Shown one piece after another: positions 48,736 to 59,586 of a stretch of DNA of 64,000 bases. The position numbers and the translations under genes were made by a program. Source of the stretch: a virus (Duplodnaviria > Caudoviricetes); the IMG/VR virus record IMGVR_UViG_2974723051_000001, positions 1 to 64,000 of that record; one strand, 5' to 3'. Positions within the stretch are counted from its first letter, which is position 1, and every line of letters starts with the position of its first letter. The notes below the pieces were generated by a model that saw only the letters and a list, made by a program, of their open reading frames with translations, was not told where the DNA came from and did no database searches.

Positions 48736-51700
48736 AACTAAATGGTTTCATTGTCACAATATCAGGTGCAGCTCCTAGGAAGCTTTCCACTGGGTTAGCA
48801 ATTCTAGTTAGAGGGTTAGTCTCAACTATCATTGTTGAATCCATGATATCTGGAATGTCACCAAAGAAGTTTTGCAATAGCATAATGATAGTAGCTCTTG
48901 CTGGATTCTCTGCAAATGTCTTAGCAATGATACGTTGTACACGAATCAGATACTTACTAAACATTAACAAACCAAGGTCATTCAAGTACTGAACACCTTT
49001 ATGAGTTGGTAAGTCATAGTCAATGAAGATATCCATTACATAGCCAGCAGCTACATCTGGTTCCATACCCTCTGCTAACTTCTTCTTGTACAGTACATAA
49101 CGTGCACCAAAGTCAGAGAACTGTGCAGCTTCACTCAAGAAGTCATACAAGTTAGAACCTTGCATTACTAATGCTTCTTTAGCTACATCACGTACACCTT
49201 GTGGAATACGGTTAGTAGCATCTTCGATTCTATCTTGCCAACCAATGTCAGATAACTTGCGGTTAACCTTCTGACGTAGCTTATACTCTTCAACCTCAGT
49301 ATCCACATCCTCTACGATAGTAGATAGCAAACCTTGGTCAATCATATCAACTACAGGGTTAGCAGCCATCTCATCTTCCAATTCAATTAGTCGAGATTCA
49401 TACACAGTACGCTGATTAGCACTCAACGTAGGCGAACCAAGTTTAATACGAACCTGTTCAAGTTCTTGGTTCAGGTCTTTGTACTGTCTCATTGCTTTGA
49501 ATGAATCTTTATGACCTTTCAAGATATCCACTAGTGGAACACCCATCATCTTAAGTAGTACTACGTTAGATAGCATGTTACCCAAAGTAACTACACCAGA
49601 CTTGATAACGATAATGTCTTTTACAGCTTTGGCCAATGCAGTCATAAGTTCTTCACCCTGACGTACACGTAGTGCAGCTTTCTTACCAAAAATCATCTCT
49701 ACAAAATTAGTAAACAATTTCTGATAAACATTACGTTCCTCTTTATCCAGTTGCCAAATATTAGCAGCAGTATACTTATGGTAACCAAACAACAAATCAA
49801 CTACATCTCTACGAACATATAGACGTTCTTTACCACCCCAAGAAGCAGCAATAGCTTCCTTCATATCTTCCGGTAGTAGTCGATAAATCTCACGATGTTC
49901 TTCACTAGCAGAGCGAGGACTAATAGATACATAGTCATCACGGTTATCCTTATCTTCGTCATACATTTTACGTAGAACTTTAGTAAGGTCTTCATTCTGC
50001 TTACGCATATCATCTTTAACTGCAAGGTTAGACATCATAATACCCATCAAATCATCAAATGATGAATCACGGTGTAGAATGTCATCTTTCACTTTGTCAC
50101 TCATAACATAACGATAGTTAACAATGTCACCATTCTGGTTAACCAATGGAGCAGAGTAAGTACGTGAAGTTAGGTTGTTACTAGTCCAACTATCCACAGT
50201 AGCTAATCTAGCTTTAGAAGCCATAGCATCAAAGTCAGATGTATTCACAACATTGTGACTAGAAGTAGTTGATTGAACTACATCAGTACCACGGTGAGTA
50301 TCTGTCATCAGGTAACTAACACCACCAATGTTCGCAGGAATACCACCATAGTTATTTACATATAAATACTTAGTAGTCTTGTCTGGGTCATTAGGGTCTT
50401 TAGGCACTGCTTCACCTAATGAGTAACCTTGGTCTTCCATATCTGCTTGTTCATCCAATGTGCCTACTTTAATAGCTACATTTGGGTCAACCTTATCAGT
50501 CATGAAACCTTTAACCATATGACGAGAGTTATCTTTAAACTCTTCTTTAGAACGCTTATGCAATTCTTTAGTCAGATTAAGTGAGAAGATTACACCATCT
50601 AAGTCATCTTGAACCAAAGCATTAAAACGTTGCTTATCCTTCGTAGGCATTGCTTGAATAGCATACAAAGTAGCTAGTGCATCAATTACTGGTTCAGCAT
50701 TACGAGCATGTTTAGGCATACTTCTGTGAGTACCAATAGCATCAGCAATGTTCTGTGCATTCAACATAGCATTAGGGATATAGCTCTTACCTGTCATCAT
50801 GAACTGGCCAAGGTTCTTAGCCTGTCTAATGTAGTAGTTACCATAACCTTGGAATGTCATAGCTTTAGCTTCTAACTCTTTAATCTTAGTAGTTAGGTCA
50901 GACCTATTAGCAACTAGTGCCAATGCTTCCGCATCGGTTAAACCAAGAGAGCTCAAGTCAGTCTTCAATAGGCCATATGACAATGCTTGACGTTGTTCTA
51001 CTGTTAGCTTCTCTTTGAATGCTTCATTGATAGCTGTACGGTAGTCAGTTCTAACTTGCATACGGAAACGGTCAATATTCTTATTAGCTAATCGCTTCAT
51101 ATCATGGAGGATACCTACATAGTTGTATCGACCTCTTGCCTCTGTAGCTAAACTTAGGAACAACTCAGCAGCAGACTTATCAGACTTACGTAACTTGTTG
51201 TAACCAGTTTCAATGATACTAGTTAGTGTTTGTACATTACCTGACTTAACCGCCTCTTTAACCTTAGCTGAAGCTTTATCACTAAACTTCTTAAAGGTAT
51301 CAGCAAATACAGTATCCACTGCTCTCTCTACCTGAGTTTCAATAAAGTTCTGTGCAGGTTTAACTACTCGTAGTGTCTTAGCTTTCAATGCATTCTTAGC
51401 ACTAGTATCAACACCGGCAAATGCTTTAAACAGTTCTTCTAACTGTTTATCAGCAGTCTTGCCATAAGTACTTAACATACGTGACTGTAATGCACTTAGC
51501 ATTCGACGGAAGAAGTTATAAACTCTTTGTGCCAACTTACCAACCGAACCAGTAGCAGTATTTAACTCATCTGCTTTATTTGCATACTCAATTTTAGATA
51601 GTGCTTTAATGAAGTTCTCATTAGTCACACCTAGAGCTACAAACTCATGTAAGTGGTTAGAACGTCTACGCCCTTTCTCTTTACCTACTACAGTTGGTTT

Positions 51701-54700
51701 GAATACATGGTTCCATCTCTGTTGAGCAGCTTCATACTCATCTTTGAATGTAGGGTCAGATTCACTCATCTGAGGGTCATTCATAAAGTCACGAGGAGTA
51801 ACTACTTTCTTAGCTTGGTTCCATAAAGCTACTAGCTCATTACGTTCTTGCATCTGTTGCTCTACACCTACCATAGAGACGTTATGCACTAATTCGTGTG
51901 CAAACACTTCAGATGAAGACATACGAATACCATTGGCCAGTGAACCAGATTTAGGTAATGCACCGTCTACCTGATTAACGATGTACATATCTGTACCATC
52001 GGTAGAACCAATAGTCTCTGTCTCAGTAGACGAACCAATATGAAGATTGAATGGAGTAATCGCTTGGTTTACTACGTCATTGATTACATTACGTAGATGT
52101 TCAAAGTGATTAGTACTATCTTTTACTACAGATACTTTCTGTAACTCTTCAAATACTCGTTCAGTAGTCATACTGTCAATTGAACGAGTGTCATCAAATG
52201 TAAAGTTATCTTCGATAACTCTCTGTGGACTTGAACCAAACTTATGTTTAGGTACGAATGCTGAATCTTCACCATTAGAGTATTGCTCTGAACGAACGAT
52301 AGCTTTCATTACCTTTTGCTTGTTCTGCATATGGTCTGTTGCCAGTCCATTGATAGCAGAAGTAAGTTGCTCAAGAGTACCAGTATCAGTACCAAGAATA
52401 GACTTAGAAGCAGCTTTCAGTGCTTCAGGCGGAACTTCCAAACCAGAAGCTACATACCCATCAACTACACGACTAAGCATCTGTGCAATCTCTTGAGGAA
52501 TAGAGTATTGGTAGTTAATAGAGAGGAAGCCTTGATTGTACTTCTCTTTATCTGAACCAAAGTTATTACCAGAGATATATGATGCATCGTGTACGTTTAG
52601 GATAGTTGCATTCTTCAACATCTGAACCTGAGTAGCAGCATCGATACTCTGAGTCATAGTTGGGATTGGTGCAGCACCCGGTGCTTTAAAACTACGTAAC
52701 TGACCACCAGAAGTAGAAGATTTCTTACCTTTAAGTTTAGTAGACTTAATAGATACTTTAACTTCCTTCGGTGCAGGAACCATTTCAAAACCAGATAACA
52801 TCAAGCCAGTATTCAACTGTGTATCTAGATTCTTACTTGATAACTTACTGTTAGCAGTATTCACAATTGGGGTAACTGGTTTAAGTTGCTCAAGTACTTG
52901 TTGCTGTACTTCATTGGTTAGTGTTTCATATTTACCAATTTCATTCTCATACATACCCATGAATAGTTCATGTGCAAGGTTAGCAGCAGCATTCAGTTGA
53001 GTACGTGCATTAAATGACACTTCATACTCAGATTCCATAGCATCTTTAAGTGGTGCTTGATAAACGTTAGCAGTTGCTTGTTTAAGATTACGGATATCTT
53101 TCTTAGTTAGTTTAAACTCTAAGATTTGTGAACCTTTAGTAATCTTATAGTTATTGCCTGTAAGGGCATTAACAGTAGCAAGTGTTTCACGAACCAATTG
53201 AGTATTCTGAGTATCATATGCTTTCTGTAAGTTAGCATATATTTTATCAATAGCTTGTGAACCTAGGTGGTCAGCGATAGTTGCAATACCAGCACCATAA
53301 ATAGAAGTCATTAATGGTCCTTTAGCAATCTTACGACCATCACTAGTTACTTCCATTTCACCTTCTTCGTTAAGCTTACCGAATGAACCAAATAACTTAC
53401 TTAATTCTACATATTGTTTCTGTAGTGCAGGTTGGTTTTGTACTTCAGCTTCAATAGCACGTTGCCAGTTCTCAGCTAGAGATTTATATGAATCTTTATT
53501 AGCTGGATTAGCTTGCCACTCATTATACGTCAGGTCTGTATCGTACATACCCATACGTTGCAACTGAGTAAACATTTGCTCTAAGTTATCGCTAGAAAAT
53601 TGAAGTGTAGTAATAGCAACACCGTTAGTAATACCATCTACTTCACGAGCCAAGTTATGACTAAAACTAGTTTCACCAGAAGCTTTAGCATTCTCATACT
53701 TAGCCATCTCAACAATAGATAAGTAAGACTTCATCTTACCTTCACCAGCTTTAACACCTTTAGCTACTGCTTCTTGGTTCTCACGTGTATTGTTACCGGC
53801 CATGATAGATTTCATAGCATCAATAGCATTACGGATATCTTCTTTAGCTAACACATCATTGAGCTTTTCCAAAGCTTTCTGTGAAGCTGTACCATTACTA
53901 TCACTAGCAAACTTAGGTACTTCGATATCAAAACCTTCACCTACAGCTAGTAGGAAGTAATTCTCACCTTCAGTATTGAAATCAAAGGTAGTATTCCACT
54001 CACCACGATTAGTCATGTATCGATGAATCTTAGATGACTGTGGATTGAATCGTGTACCAATACCCATACGACCTTGCTTCCACACTGTATGTGGTAGGTA
54101 GAATGGAGTATCAATTCCTTCAGTTTGGTTCTGTACTTCTTGATACCATTCTTGAGCAATCTCTAACTCACGTTCAATAGCACGGTTAGCACCATCAACA
54201 CCTGCTTTAGTTACATCCATAATCTTAGATGTATCACTCACATAACCAAGCATCTCTTTACGTAGGTCATCTTCAAATTCAAAGAATGAACCAACAGTAT
54301 CCTGACGTAAGTAGTATGGTTTCTTTTGGTCTTCTTCCAGAATCTTACGCTGAGACTCAGGTACTTTCTGAGTAGATTTACTTACAGTAGTTGTACCTTT
54401 AGGAGCTTTAAATGAAGGCATAGGTCTTTCAGATACCGAACCAAAGACATCACTCATAAATGAGGATTTCTCTCTATTGGTTTCGATTACTCTTTCAATC
54501 CCCGGTGTTAGATTAAGCTGAGTCATTACATATGATTCAGAACCCTCTAAATCTTGAATAGCTCTTGGAGCACCAACACCATATACATTCTTAATAGCAG
54601 AACCTTTTACTGGTTTGGCTTCTTGAAGTACATCTGCTTTACGTAAAGCTTCATAAGCCCATAGTCCCATAGCAGTCTCTAAACGAGTCTGTGCATCTAC

Positions 54701-57700
54701 TGGAGCAGTAGGAGCCATCTTCAAGTTAAGGGTCTTAAATGCAGCAGTACCAAGTGAGTTAATGATACTAGTACGACGAGTACCAGTAGGAATTACATTA
54801 ACTAGTTCTGGTTCCACATAGTCCTCATCGGACAAACCAAGTAGATTACGAATACTGTCGTAAGTTTGAATAGTAGACTCTTTACCGCTAGCAATTACCC
54901 ACTCATAAGCACCTACAGCCATAGCAGTTTTAACGTTAGCTGGTAACTGGCCAGACTCATCTACTAAGTATTGTACGTAGTCATCACTTAGGTAATCTTC
55001 TTTAACTTCAAATACTGAATCCAAAGCACCAGTAAATGATTGGTTAAAATTAGCAAAGCTTCTAGCTACTACTTCCGCTTCAGTAGGTACAGCACCTTCA
55101 TAGACTTGTTCAAGAGTATTAGTAGTGTCATTCTTTAGACGAGTACCAAAGTCATTCACCTTATTAAGTGCTGACTTCTTATTACCTGCATTGAAATACT
55201 CACTAACCAAGTTAGTTGTATCTTCTTTACTGGTTAACTCTTTAGCTAATGAATAATCTTTTATCTGGTCTGGGACAGGTTGAGCAGGAACCGCAGGAGA
55301 AGAAAGTTCTGTAGCCAAACCTACGTCAGTAGGTTCTGGTGATACAGAAGTTTGTTCGACTAAGGATTCCGGAGCAACTTGTTCCTGAGCAGTACTTAAC
55401 CTTTGAAGTTCTGAGTTAGGGTATCTGTCATATACTTCTTTAATTGCTTCTTGTTGTAGACGTAAACCTTCAACAGTAGCCGCAGATGTATCTAATGCAG
55501 GGTTAGCTTGTCTAGCTCTATTTGCCCACTCACTAAGTGGAACTTCATTAACCTTAGTTAATGCTTCATTACGAGATTGTACAAATGCAGCTACTTCTTT
55601 ATTACGCTCACTTAATGTCTTAGTTGGGATAATACCTTCATCAGGTACAACTACAGTATCTGGTGCAGTAGCTCGTTGTTTCTCTGCCAATACAGCAATC
55701 TGCTGTCTAGCTCTAGGAGCAGCAACTTCTTCACCGGTAGTAGTATCAATAATTGAATCACCGGTAACATTGTAAACACGAGCACCTACTTTAACTGAAG
55801 TTGTCCCTTCTGTAGGAGCTTGTTCAGTAGGTTGTTCTTGTACTGCTTCTGGCTCTGCTACAGGCTCAGGAGTAGGAGTTACTTCTTCTGCTTGTGTTTG
55901 TACCGGTTCAGTAGGTTGAGCTACTGGAGTGACTACAGGAGACATAGCAGCATATGCATCATTAAGAGCATTAGCTTCCTGACGTACAGTACCTACAAGA
56001 TTACGTGAACGAGCATCAATAGTTAGTTGCTTACCTGAACCAATATCAACCTTCTGAGGTTCCTTAGTTTGCTGATAAGTAGCATATGCTTGTTCAATGT
56101 TATCTGCTTTAGCTGTATGTCTATCTGCAAATGCTTTAAGACCTTGTAAGCCTTTATTAGCAGTATCCTGATTACCTGAGAAAACCATATCCTGATAATC
56201 ACGAATACCTAGCATTTCTCTACCAGTATCACGAGATACACCACCATCTACGATGTGGGAACCAACAGTACTCAATGTCTCAAGTGAGCGTTGAACTGTA
56301 GCATATGCACGTAACTCAGTATTCTCTGATTCAGTTAGGCCATTATCAGCATTAGCAATTGCATCTGCTTGGTCAGCAGTTAGAGATTCAGGGTCAACAC
56401 GGAATGAACCAAATGAACGTTTAGCAGCTTCTACATCACCAGTAGTTGCAGCTTGAACATCTTGTTCTACAGTTGCAGCATCAGGAGTAGCTTCTACACG
56501 CATAGCACGTACAGTATCGGCAGCTTTAGCAACTTCAGGTTCTAGAGTACTAAGTTCAGATTCAATCTCTTGTACACGTGTAGCATCAGCTTCAGTAGGA
56601 GATTCTTTAGAACCTAATTCGATTAACTCTTCTTTAAGACTAATTACTTCAGCATTCTTAGCTAATGTTTGTTCACGTGCAGTTTGATAAAACTCTTCAC
56701 GTTTCTCGGGATTCTTAGCAGCAGCTTTAGATAATACTTCTACGGACTCACCGAGTGAAAAGCTATCACTAGTAGTGTCAGTAAAAGCGCTAACGTCCCC
56801 AGACTCAATAGCAGATTTTTTAGCATCACGTTTCTCCACAAAAGCTTTATTTCTCTCTTGGAGAGAAGTCTTTGCTTTAGTAGTCGTTTCCTTGACTGCT
56901 TTAGCTGTAACTGCACCGCCTTCAATTGTTGTACCAGCGGCAGCACCAATAACACCAGCTTCTAATAACTTACCGTAGTCCTGTACTTCACGAAGCTTAG
57001 ATACATCTTCTTCAATTGCTGTTTGAGCTGCTTCAGTAGCACCTTCAGTTACAGCAGATTTACCAAGACCTTTAAGTGTTTCTTTTAAAGTTTGAGCACC
57101 TGTTTGACTAGCTTTCTTAGCAGATTTAACCAGTGAAGCATCACCAATTCTATCTAATGCACCAGCACCAACAGACCATGCAGCCATTTCCTGCATATCA
57201 GCAGCAGAAGGTAACTTACCGTCATTCTTCTCTTGGTAATCAGCGATAGCATCTGCAAACACAGTACCGGAATAACCAGCAGAACCAATAATACCAAATG
57301 GAGCTTGGCCTAATGATTCAACAGAGTATTCAGCAATAGCAGCAGGATTTTCTATAGCAGCCCGAATAGTATCTAATGTAGCGCCTAGTACTTGACCTGC
57401 CTTAGCAATAGCACTTAAGTCATCACTCTTCCATGCTTCATCAAATTGCTGCATAGCCGGAGCCATATCAGCAGCCATCTTATTACGATTGCCCGGATTA
57501 ATATCTACTAAACTTGTAGCTGCATCTACGATATCTTTGGCTTGTTTCTGAGCCGCTAGTGCAGCATCAATACGCTCTGCATATGTTTCAGTACGCGCTA
57601 ATGCTTGAACAGCACCAAACTGACCGAAAGATGAACCTCTACGTTCTTCTTGTTTATCGGCCGGTTCAGCTAACTTATCTAATGCCTTAGCTCTTTCTTC

Positions 57701-58021
57701 TTCAGTAGCATTTGGATTACGTACAGTATTGTAAGCTTGGATAACTTCATCAGGTAATTGAAGTAACTTAGCACCTTCTGCTTGAGCACCAGTTGTAACA
57801 GATTCACTAAGTCCTCTAGTTACACCTTCAATAAAAGATTTACCGATGTTAACTGCACTCTCACCAAAGCTCATGTCTTCGATTGCTGCTTGTCTATTAG
57901 CGCGATTAATATCCTCCACATAAGACGAAGAAAGCAATGAGGCTTGCGCGTCATTGCTTATCTGTCCCATGCGAGAATTCACGTCATTAGATAGAGCATC
58001 CATGAATTCAGTATTTGGCAT
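48734..58021 (-). CDS. Virion-encapsidated RNA polymerase (vRNAP, N4 gp50-like)
   Basis: 3095 aa; no cysteines seen; QGRMG, motif A EVDGITNG, motif B RKIAKGPLMTSIYG, motif C VHDA. Confidence 0.97.
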   Translation of the reverse strand: MPNTEFMDALSNDVNSRMGQISNDAQASLLSSSYVEDINRANRQAAIEDMSFGESAVNIGKSFIEGVTRGLSESVTTGAQAEGAKLLQLPDEVIQAYNTVRNPNATEEERAKALDKLAEPADKQEERRGSSFGQFGAVQALARTETYAERIDAALAAQKQAKDIVDAATSLVDINPGNRNKMAADMAPAMQQFDEAWKSDDLSAIAKAGQVLGATLDTIRAAIENPAAIAEYSVESLGQAPFGIIGSAGYSGTVFADAIADYQEKNDGKLPSAADMQEMAAWSVGAGALDRIGDASLVKSAKKASQTGAQTLKETLKGLGKSAVTEGATEAAQTAIEEDVSKLREVQDYGKLLEAGVIGAAAGTTIEGGAVTAKAVKETTTKAKTSLQERNKAFVEKRDAKKSAIESGDVSAFTDTTSDSFSLGESVEVLSKAAAKNPEKREEFYQTAREQTLAKNAEVISLKEELIELGSKESPTEADATRVQEIESELSTLEPEVAKAADTVRAMRVEATPDAATVEQDVQAATTGDVEAAKRSFGSFRVDPESLTADQADAIANADNGLTESENTELRAYATVQRSLETLSTVGSHIVDGGVSRDTGREMLGIRDYQDMVFSGNQDTANKGLQGLKAFADRHTAKADNIEQAYATYQQTKEPQKVDIGSGKQLTIDARSRNLVGTVRQEANALNDAYAAMSPVVTPVAQPTEPVQTQAEEVTPTPEPVAEPEAVQEQPTEQAPTEGTTSVKVGARVYNVTGDSIIDTTTGEEVAAPRARQQIAVLAEKQRATAPDTVVVPDEGIIPTKTLSERNKEVAAFVQSRNEALTKVNEVPLSEWANRARQANPALDTSAATVEGLRLQQEAIKEVYDRYPNSELQRLSTAQEQVAPESLVEQTSVSPEPTDVGLATELSSPAVPAQPVPDQIKDYSLAKELTSKEDTTNLVSEYFNAGNKKSALNKVNDFGTRLKNDTTNTLEQVYEGAVPTEAEVVARSFANFNQSFTGALDSVFEVKEDYLSDDYVQYLVDESGQLPANVKTAMAVGAYEWVIASGKESTIQTYDSIRNLLGLSDEDYVEPELVNVIPTGTRRTSIINSLGTAAFKTLNLKMAPTAPVDAQTRLETAMGLWAYEALRKADVLQEAKPVKGSAIKNVYGVGAPRAIQDLEGSESYVMTQLNLTPGIERVIETNREKSSFMSDVFGSVSERPMPSFKAPKGTTTVSKSTQKVPESQRKILEEDQKKPYYLRQDTVGSFFEFEDDLRKEMLGYVSDTSKIMDVTKAGVDGANRAIERELEIAQEWYQEVQNQTEGIDTPFYLPHTVWKQGRMGIGTRFNPQSSKIHRYMTNRGEWNTTFDFNTEGENYFLLAVGEGFDIEVPKFASDSNGTASQKALEKLNDVLAKEDIRNAIDAMKSIMAGNNTRENQEAVAKGVKAGEGKMKSYLSIVEMAKYENAKASGETSFSHNLAREVDGITNGVAITTLQFSSDNLEQMFTQLQRMGMYDTDLTYNEWQANPANKDSYKSLAENWQRAIEAEVQNQPALQKQYVELSKLFGSFGKLNEEGEMEVTSDGRKIAKGPLMTSIYGAGIATIADHLGSQAIDKIYANLQKAYDTQNTQLVRETLATVNALTGNNYKITKGSQILEFKLTKKDIRNLKQATANVYQAPLKDAMESEYEVSFNARTQLNAAANLAHELFMGMYENEIGKYETLTNEVQQQVLEQLKPVTPIVNTANSKLSSKNLDTQLNTGLMLSGFEMVPAPKEVKVSIKSTKLKGKKSSTSGGQLRSFKAPGAAPIPTMTQSIDAATQVQMLKNATILNVHDASYISGNNFGSDKEKYNQGFLSINYQYSIPQEIAQMLSRVVDGYVASGLEVPPEALKAASKSILGTDTGTLEQLTSAINGLATDHMQNKQKVMKAIVRSEQYSNGEDSAFVPKHKFGSSPQRVIEDNFTFDDTRSIDSMTTERVFEELQKVSVVKDSTNHFEHLRNVINDVVNQAITPFNLHIGSSTETETIGSTDGTDMYIVNQVDGALPKSGSLANGIRMSSSEVFAHELVHNVSMVGVEQQMQERNELVALWNQAKKVVTPRDFMNDPQMSESDPTFKDEYEAAQQRWNHVFKPTVVGKEKGRRRSNHLHEFVALGVTNENFIKALSKIEYANKADELNTATGSVGKLAQRVYNFFRRMLSALQSRMLSTYGKTADKQLEELFKAFAGVDTSAKNALKAKTLRVVKPAQNFIETQVERAVDTVFADTFKKFSDKASAKVKEAVKSGNVQTLTSIIETGYNKLRKSDKSAAELFLSLATEARGRYNYVGILHDMKRLANKNIDRFRMQVRTDYRTAINEAFKEKLTVEQRQALSYGLLKTDLSSLGLTDAEALALVANRSDLTTKIKELEAKAMTFQGYGNYYIRQAKNLGQFMMTGKSYIPNAMLNAQNIADAIGTHRSMPKHARNAEPVIDALATLYAIQAMPTKDKQRFNALVQDDLDGVIFSLNLTKELHKRSKEEFKDNSRHMVKGFMTDKVDPNVAIKVGTLDEQADMEDQGYSLGEAVPKDPNDPDKTTKYLYVNNYGGIPANIGGVSYLMTDTHRGTDVVQSTTSSHNVVNTSDFDAMASKARLATVDSWTSNNLTSRTYSAPLVNQNGDIVNYRYVMSDKVKDDILHRDSSFDDLMGIMMSNLAVKDDMRKQNEDLTKVLRKMYDEDKDNRDDYVSISPRSASEEHREIYRLLPEDMKEAIAASWGGKERLYVRRDVVDLLFGYHKYTAANIWQLDKEERNVYQKLFTNFVEMIFGKKAALRVRQGEELMTALAKAVKDIIVIKSGVVTLGNMLSNVVLLKMMGVPLVDILKGHKDSFKAMRQYKDLNQELEQVRIKLGSPTLSANQRTVYESRLIELEDEMAANPVVDMIDQGLLSTIVEDVDTEVEEYKLRQKVNRKLSDIGWQDRIEDATNRIPQGVRDVAKEALVMQGSNLYDFLSEAAQFSDFGARYVLYKKKLAEGMEPDVAAGYVMDIFIDYDLPTHKGVQYLNDLGLLMFSKYLIRVQRIIAKTFAENPARATIIMLLQNFFGDIPDIMDSTMIVETNPLTRIANPVESFLGAAPDIVTMKPFS

Positions 58022-58024
58022 GTA

Positions 58025-59161
58025 TTATTTTCCTATGATATTGGATTTACTTACTTTGTAGTTCTTCACCCTATCTCTAGCTTTAAGTAATTCTTTACTC
58101 TTCTGCTCTCCGAGACGGATTTGAGTATCCCGCAAACTTCTAATGTTCTTTTTAGCTACTTGAGCGTCTTGACCATAAGCATAATATTTTGCGGCAATGT
58201 CTACAACTCTATCCTCGAAATCACCTAAACGAAGTTCATTATCTGCGGTACGAGGAGCAGTCATAATTACATGAGCAAATACATCTTCAGGAATTGTATA
58301 ACCAGCCATCTGTTTCTTAGACAAACCAAGTCTATTACGTACAGCTTCGATGACATCATCATCTTTAGCAGCATCACGAACTACTTCCTGAATATCTTCA
58401 CCGGTGTAATCACCATAACTAAAGAATTCAAACTTATCCGGTGCATACTTATTAGCATACTCAGTCCAAGACATTTCACTACGTAAGTCATTACTAGCTT
58501 TGAGAGGGTCAGTATCAACAATTGCTTGTTGTTCTGCCAGCTTATCCATTAGGTTCTGTTCCTGAACTTGGTATGCTGTATCAATAGCTGTAATAGCTTG
58601 GTTATACATCATATTACCTTCAGGGGTTAACTCATTAGCATATTCAAGTTGACCTAAGAATTGGTTACGTGCAGCAGCCTTAACTTCAGGAGACTTATCA
58701 CGAATCAATGCTTCTAAACCAGCTTTCAATTGCTCTTGAGACTTACCACCTAATAGACCTTCAGATACATAGTTATCTACCATACCAGAGGTACTACGCA
58801 TATCAGCTTGTAGTGCTCTCTCAGCTTGTTTAGCTTGGTCAGCATAGATTGCCTCATCACGAGTATCAAACGCCTTAAACAAGTCTTCACGGTCTACTTC
58901 CTGACCATATTTAGAAACCAAATCTTCAAATGAAGTATTCTGGTACTGTTCAATGGTCTTAATATTTTGAATGGCTTCACGAGCTTCTTGAGTATTCAAC
59001 GCTGAGCGTTGTTCCTCTTGAGCAATATTAGCTTGTCGTTGTCCTTGAGCTAGACCAACGATATTACTAATAGCAGCATCAAATGATTGACCTGCGGCAC
59101 TCAAAGCACGTGATGCACCAGACATATCCGGTGCAGCCACATTTCTCCAAGTAATCGCCAT
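58025..59161 (-). CDS. Internal virion/ejection protein (gp51-like)
   Basis: MAITWRNV start; adjacent to vRNAP. Confidence 0.75.
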   Translation of the reverse strand: MAITWRNVAAPDMSGASRALSAAGQSFDAAISNIVGLAQGQRQANIAQEEQRSALNTQEAREAIQNIKTIEQYQNTSFEDLVSKYGQEVDREDLFKAFDTRDEAIYADQAKQAERALQADMRSTSGMVDNYVSEGLLGGKSQEQLKAGLEALIRDKSPEVKAAARNQFLGQLEYANELTPEGNMMYNQAITAIDTAYQVQEQNLMDKLAEQQAIVDTDPLKASNDLRSEMSWTEYANKYAPDKFEFFSYGDYTGEDIQEVVRDAAKDDDVIEAVRNRLGLSKKQMAGYTIPEDVFAHVIMTAPRTADNELRLGDFEDRVVDIAAKYYAYGQDAQVAKKNIRSLRDTQIRLGEQKSKELLKARDRVKNYKVSKSNIIGK

Positions 59162-59162
59162 A

Positions 59163-59579
59163 TTAGTTTACTCCATATTGAGTCGTAAACTCTTCTTGGG
59201 ACATACCTAAACCTCGACCAGTTTCACCTACTGACCGTGCACGAGCACGGTCATATAGAGCTTGGTTAGTCAAAGTGCGTTGGTTAGCAAAGTTCTTATT
59301 GAATGCTTCCTTTTGGAAATCCAATTGGTTCTTCATTAAGTCAATTTGTTGGAAACCAGTCCAAGCATTAGCTAGTGCACCTACAGCTTGTGCAGATGGA
59401 GCAACCCAACCGGTATTCTGCGCATCACCAAACATTGCACCACGGTTAAATGTATCTTGTCCCCAACTAGCCAATGAAGATAATGCAGACTGGTCAGGAG
59501 AAATAGGTTGTGTAACCGGCATTGCATTAGGTTGGTTTGGAGCAATACTTTGATTAGGGTTTAAATTAAAATTCCACAT
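59163..59579 (-). CDS. Virion protein (gp52-like)
   Basis: QLDFQKEAFNKNFANQ motif; synteny. Confidence 0.75.
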   Translation of the reverse strand: MWNFNLNPNQSIAPNQPNAMPVTQPISPDQSALSSLASWGQDTFNRGAMFGDAQNTGWVAPSAQAVGALANAWTGFQQIDLMKNQLDFQKEAFNKNFANQRTLTNQALYDRARARSVGETGRGLGMSQEEFTTQYGVN

Positions 59580-59586
59580 ATTTACC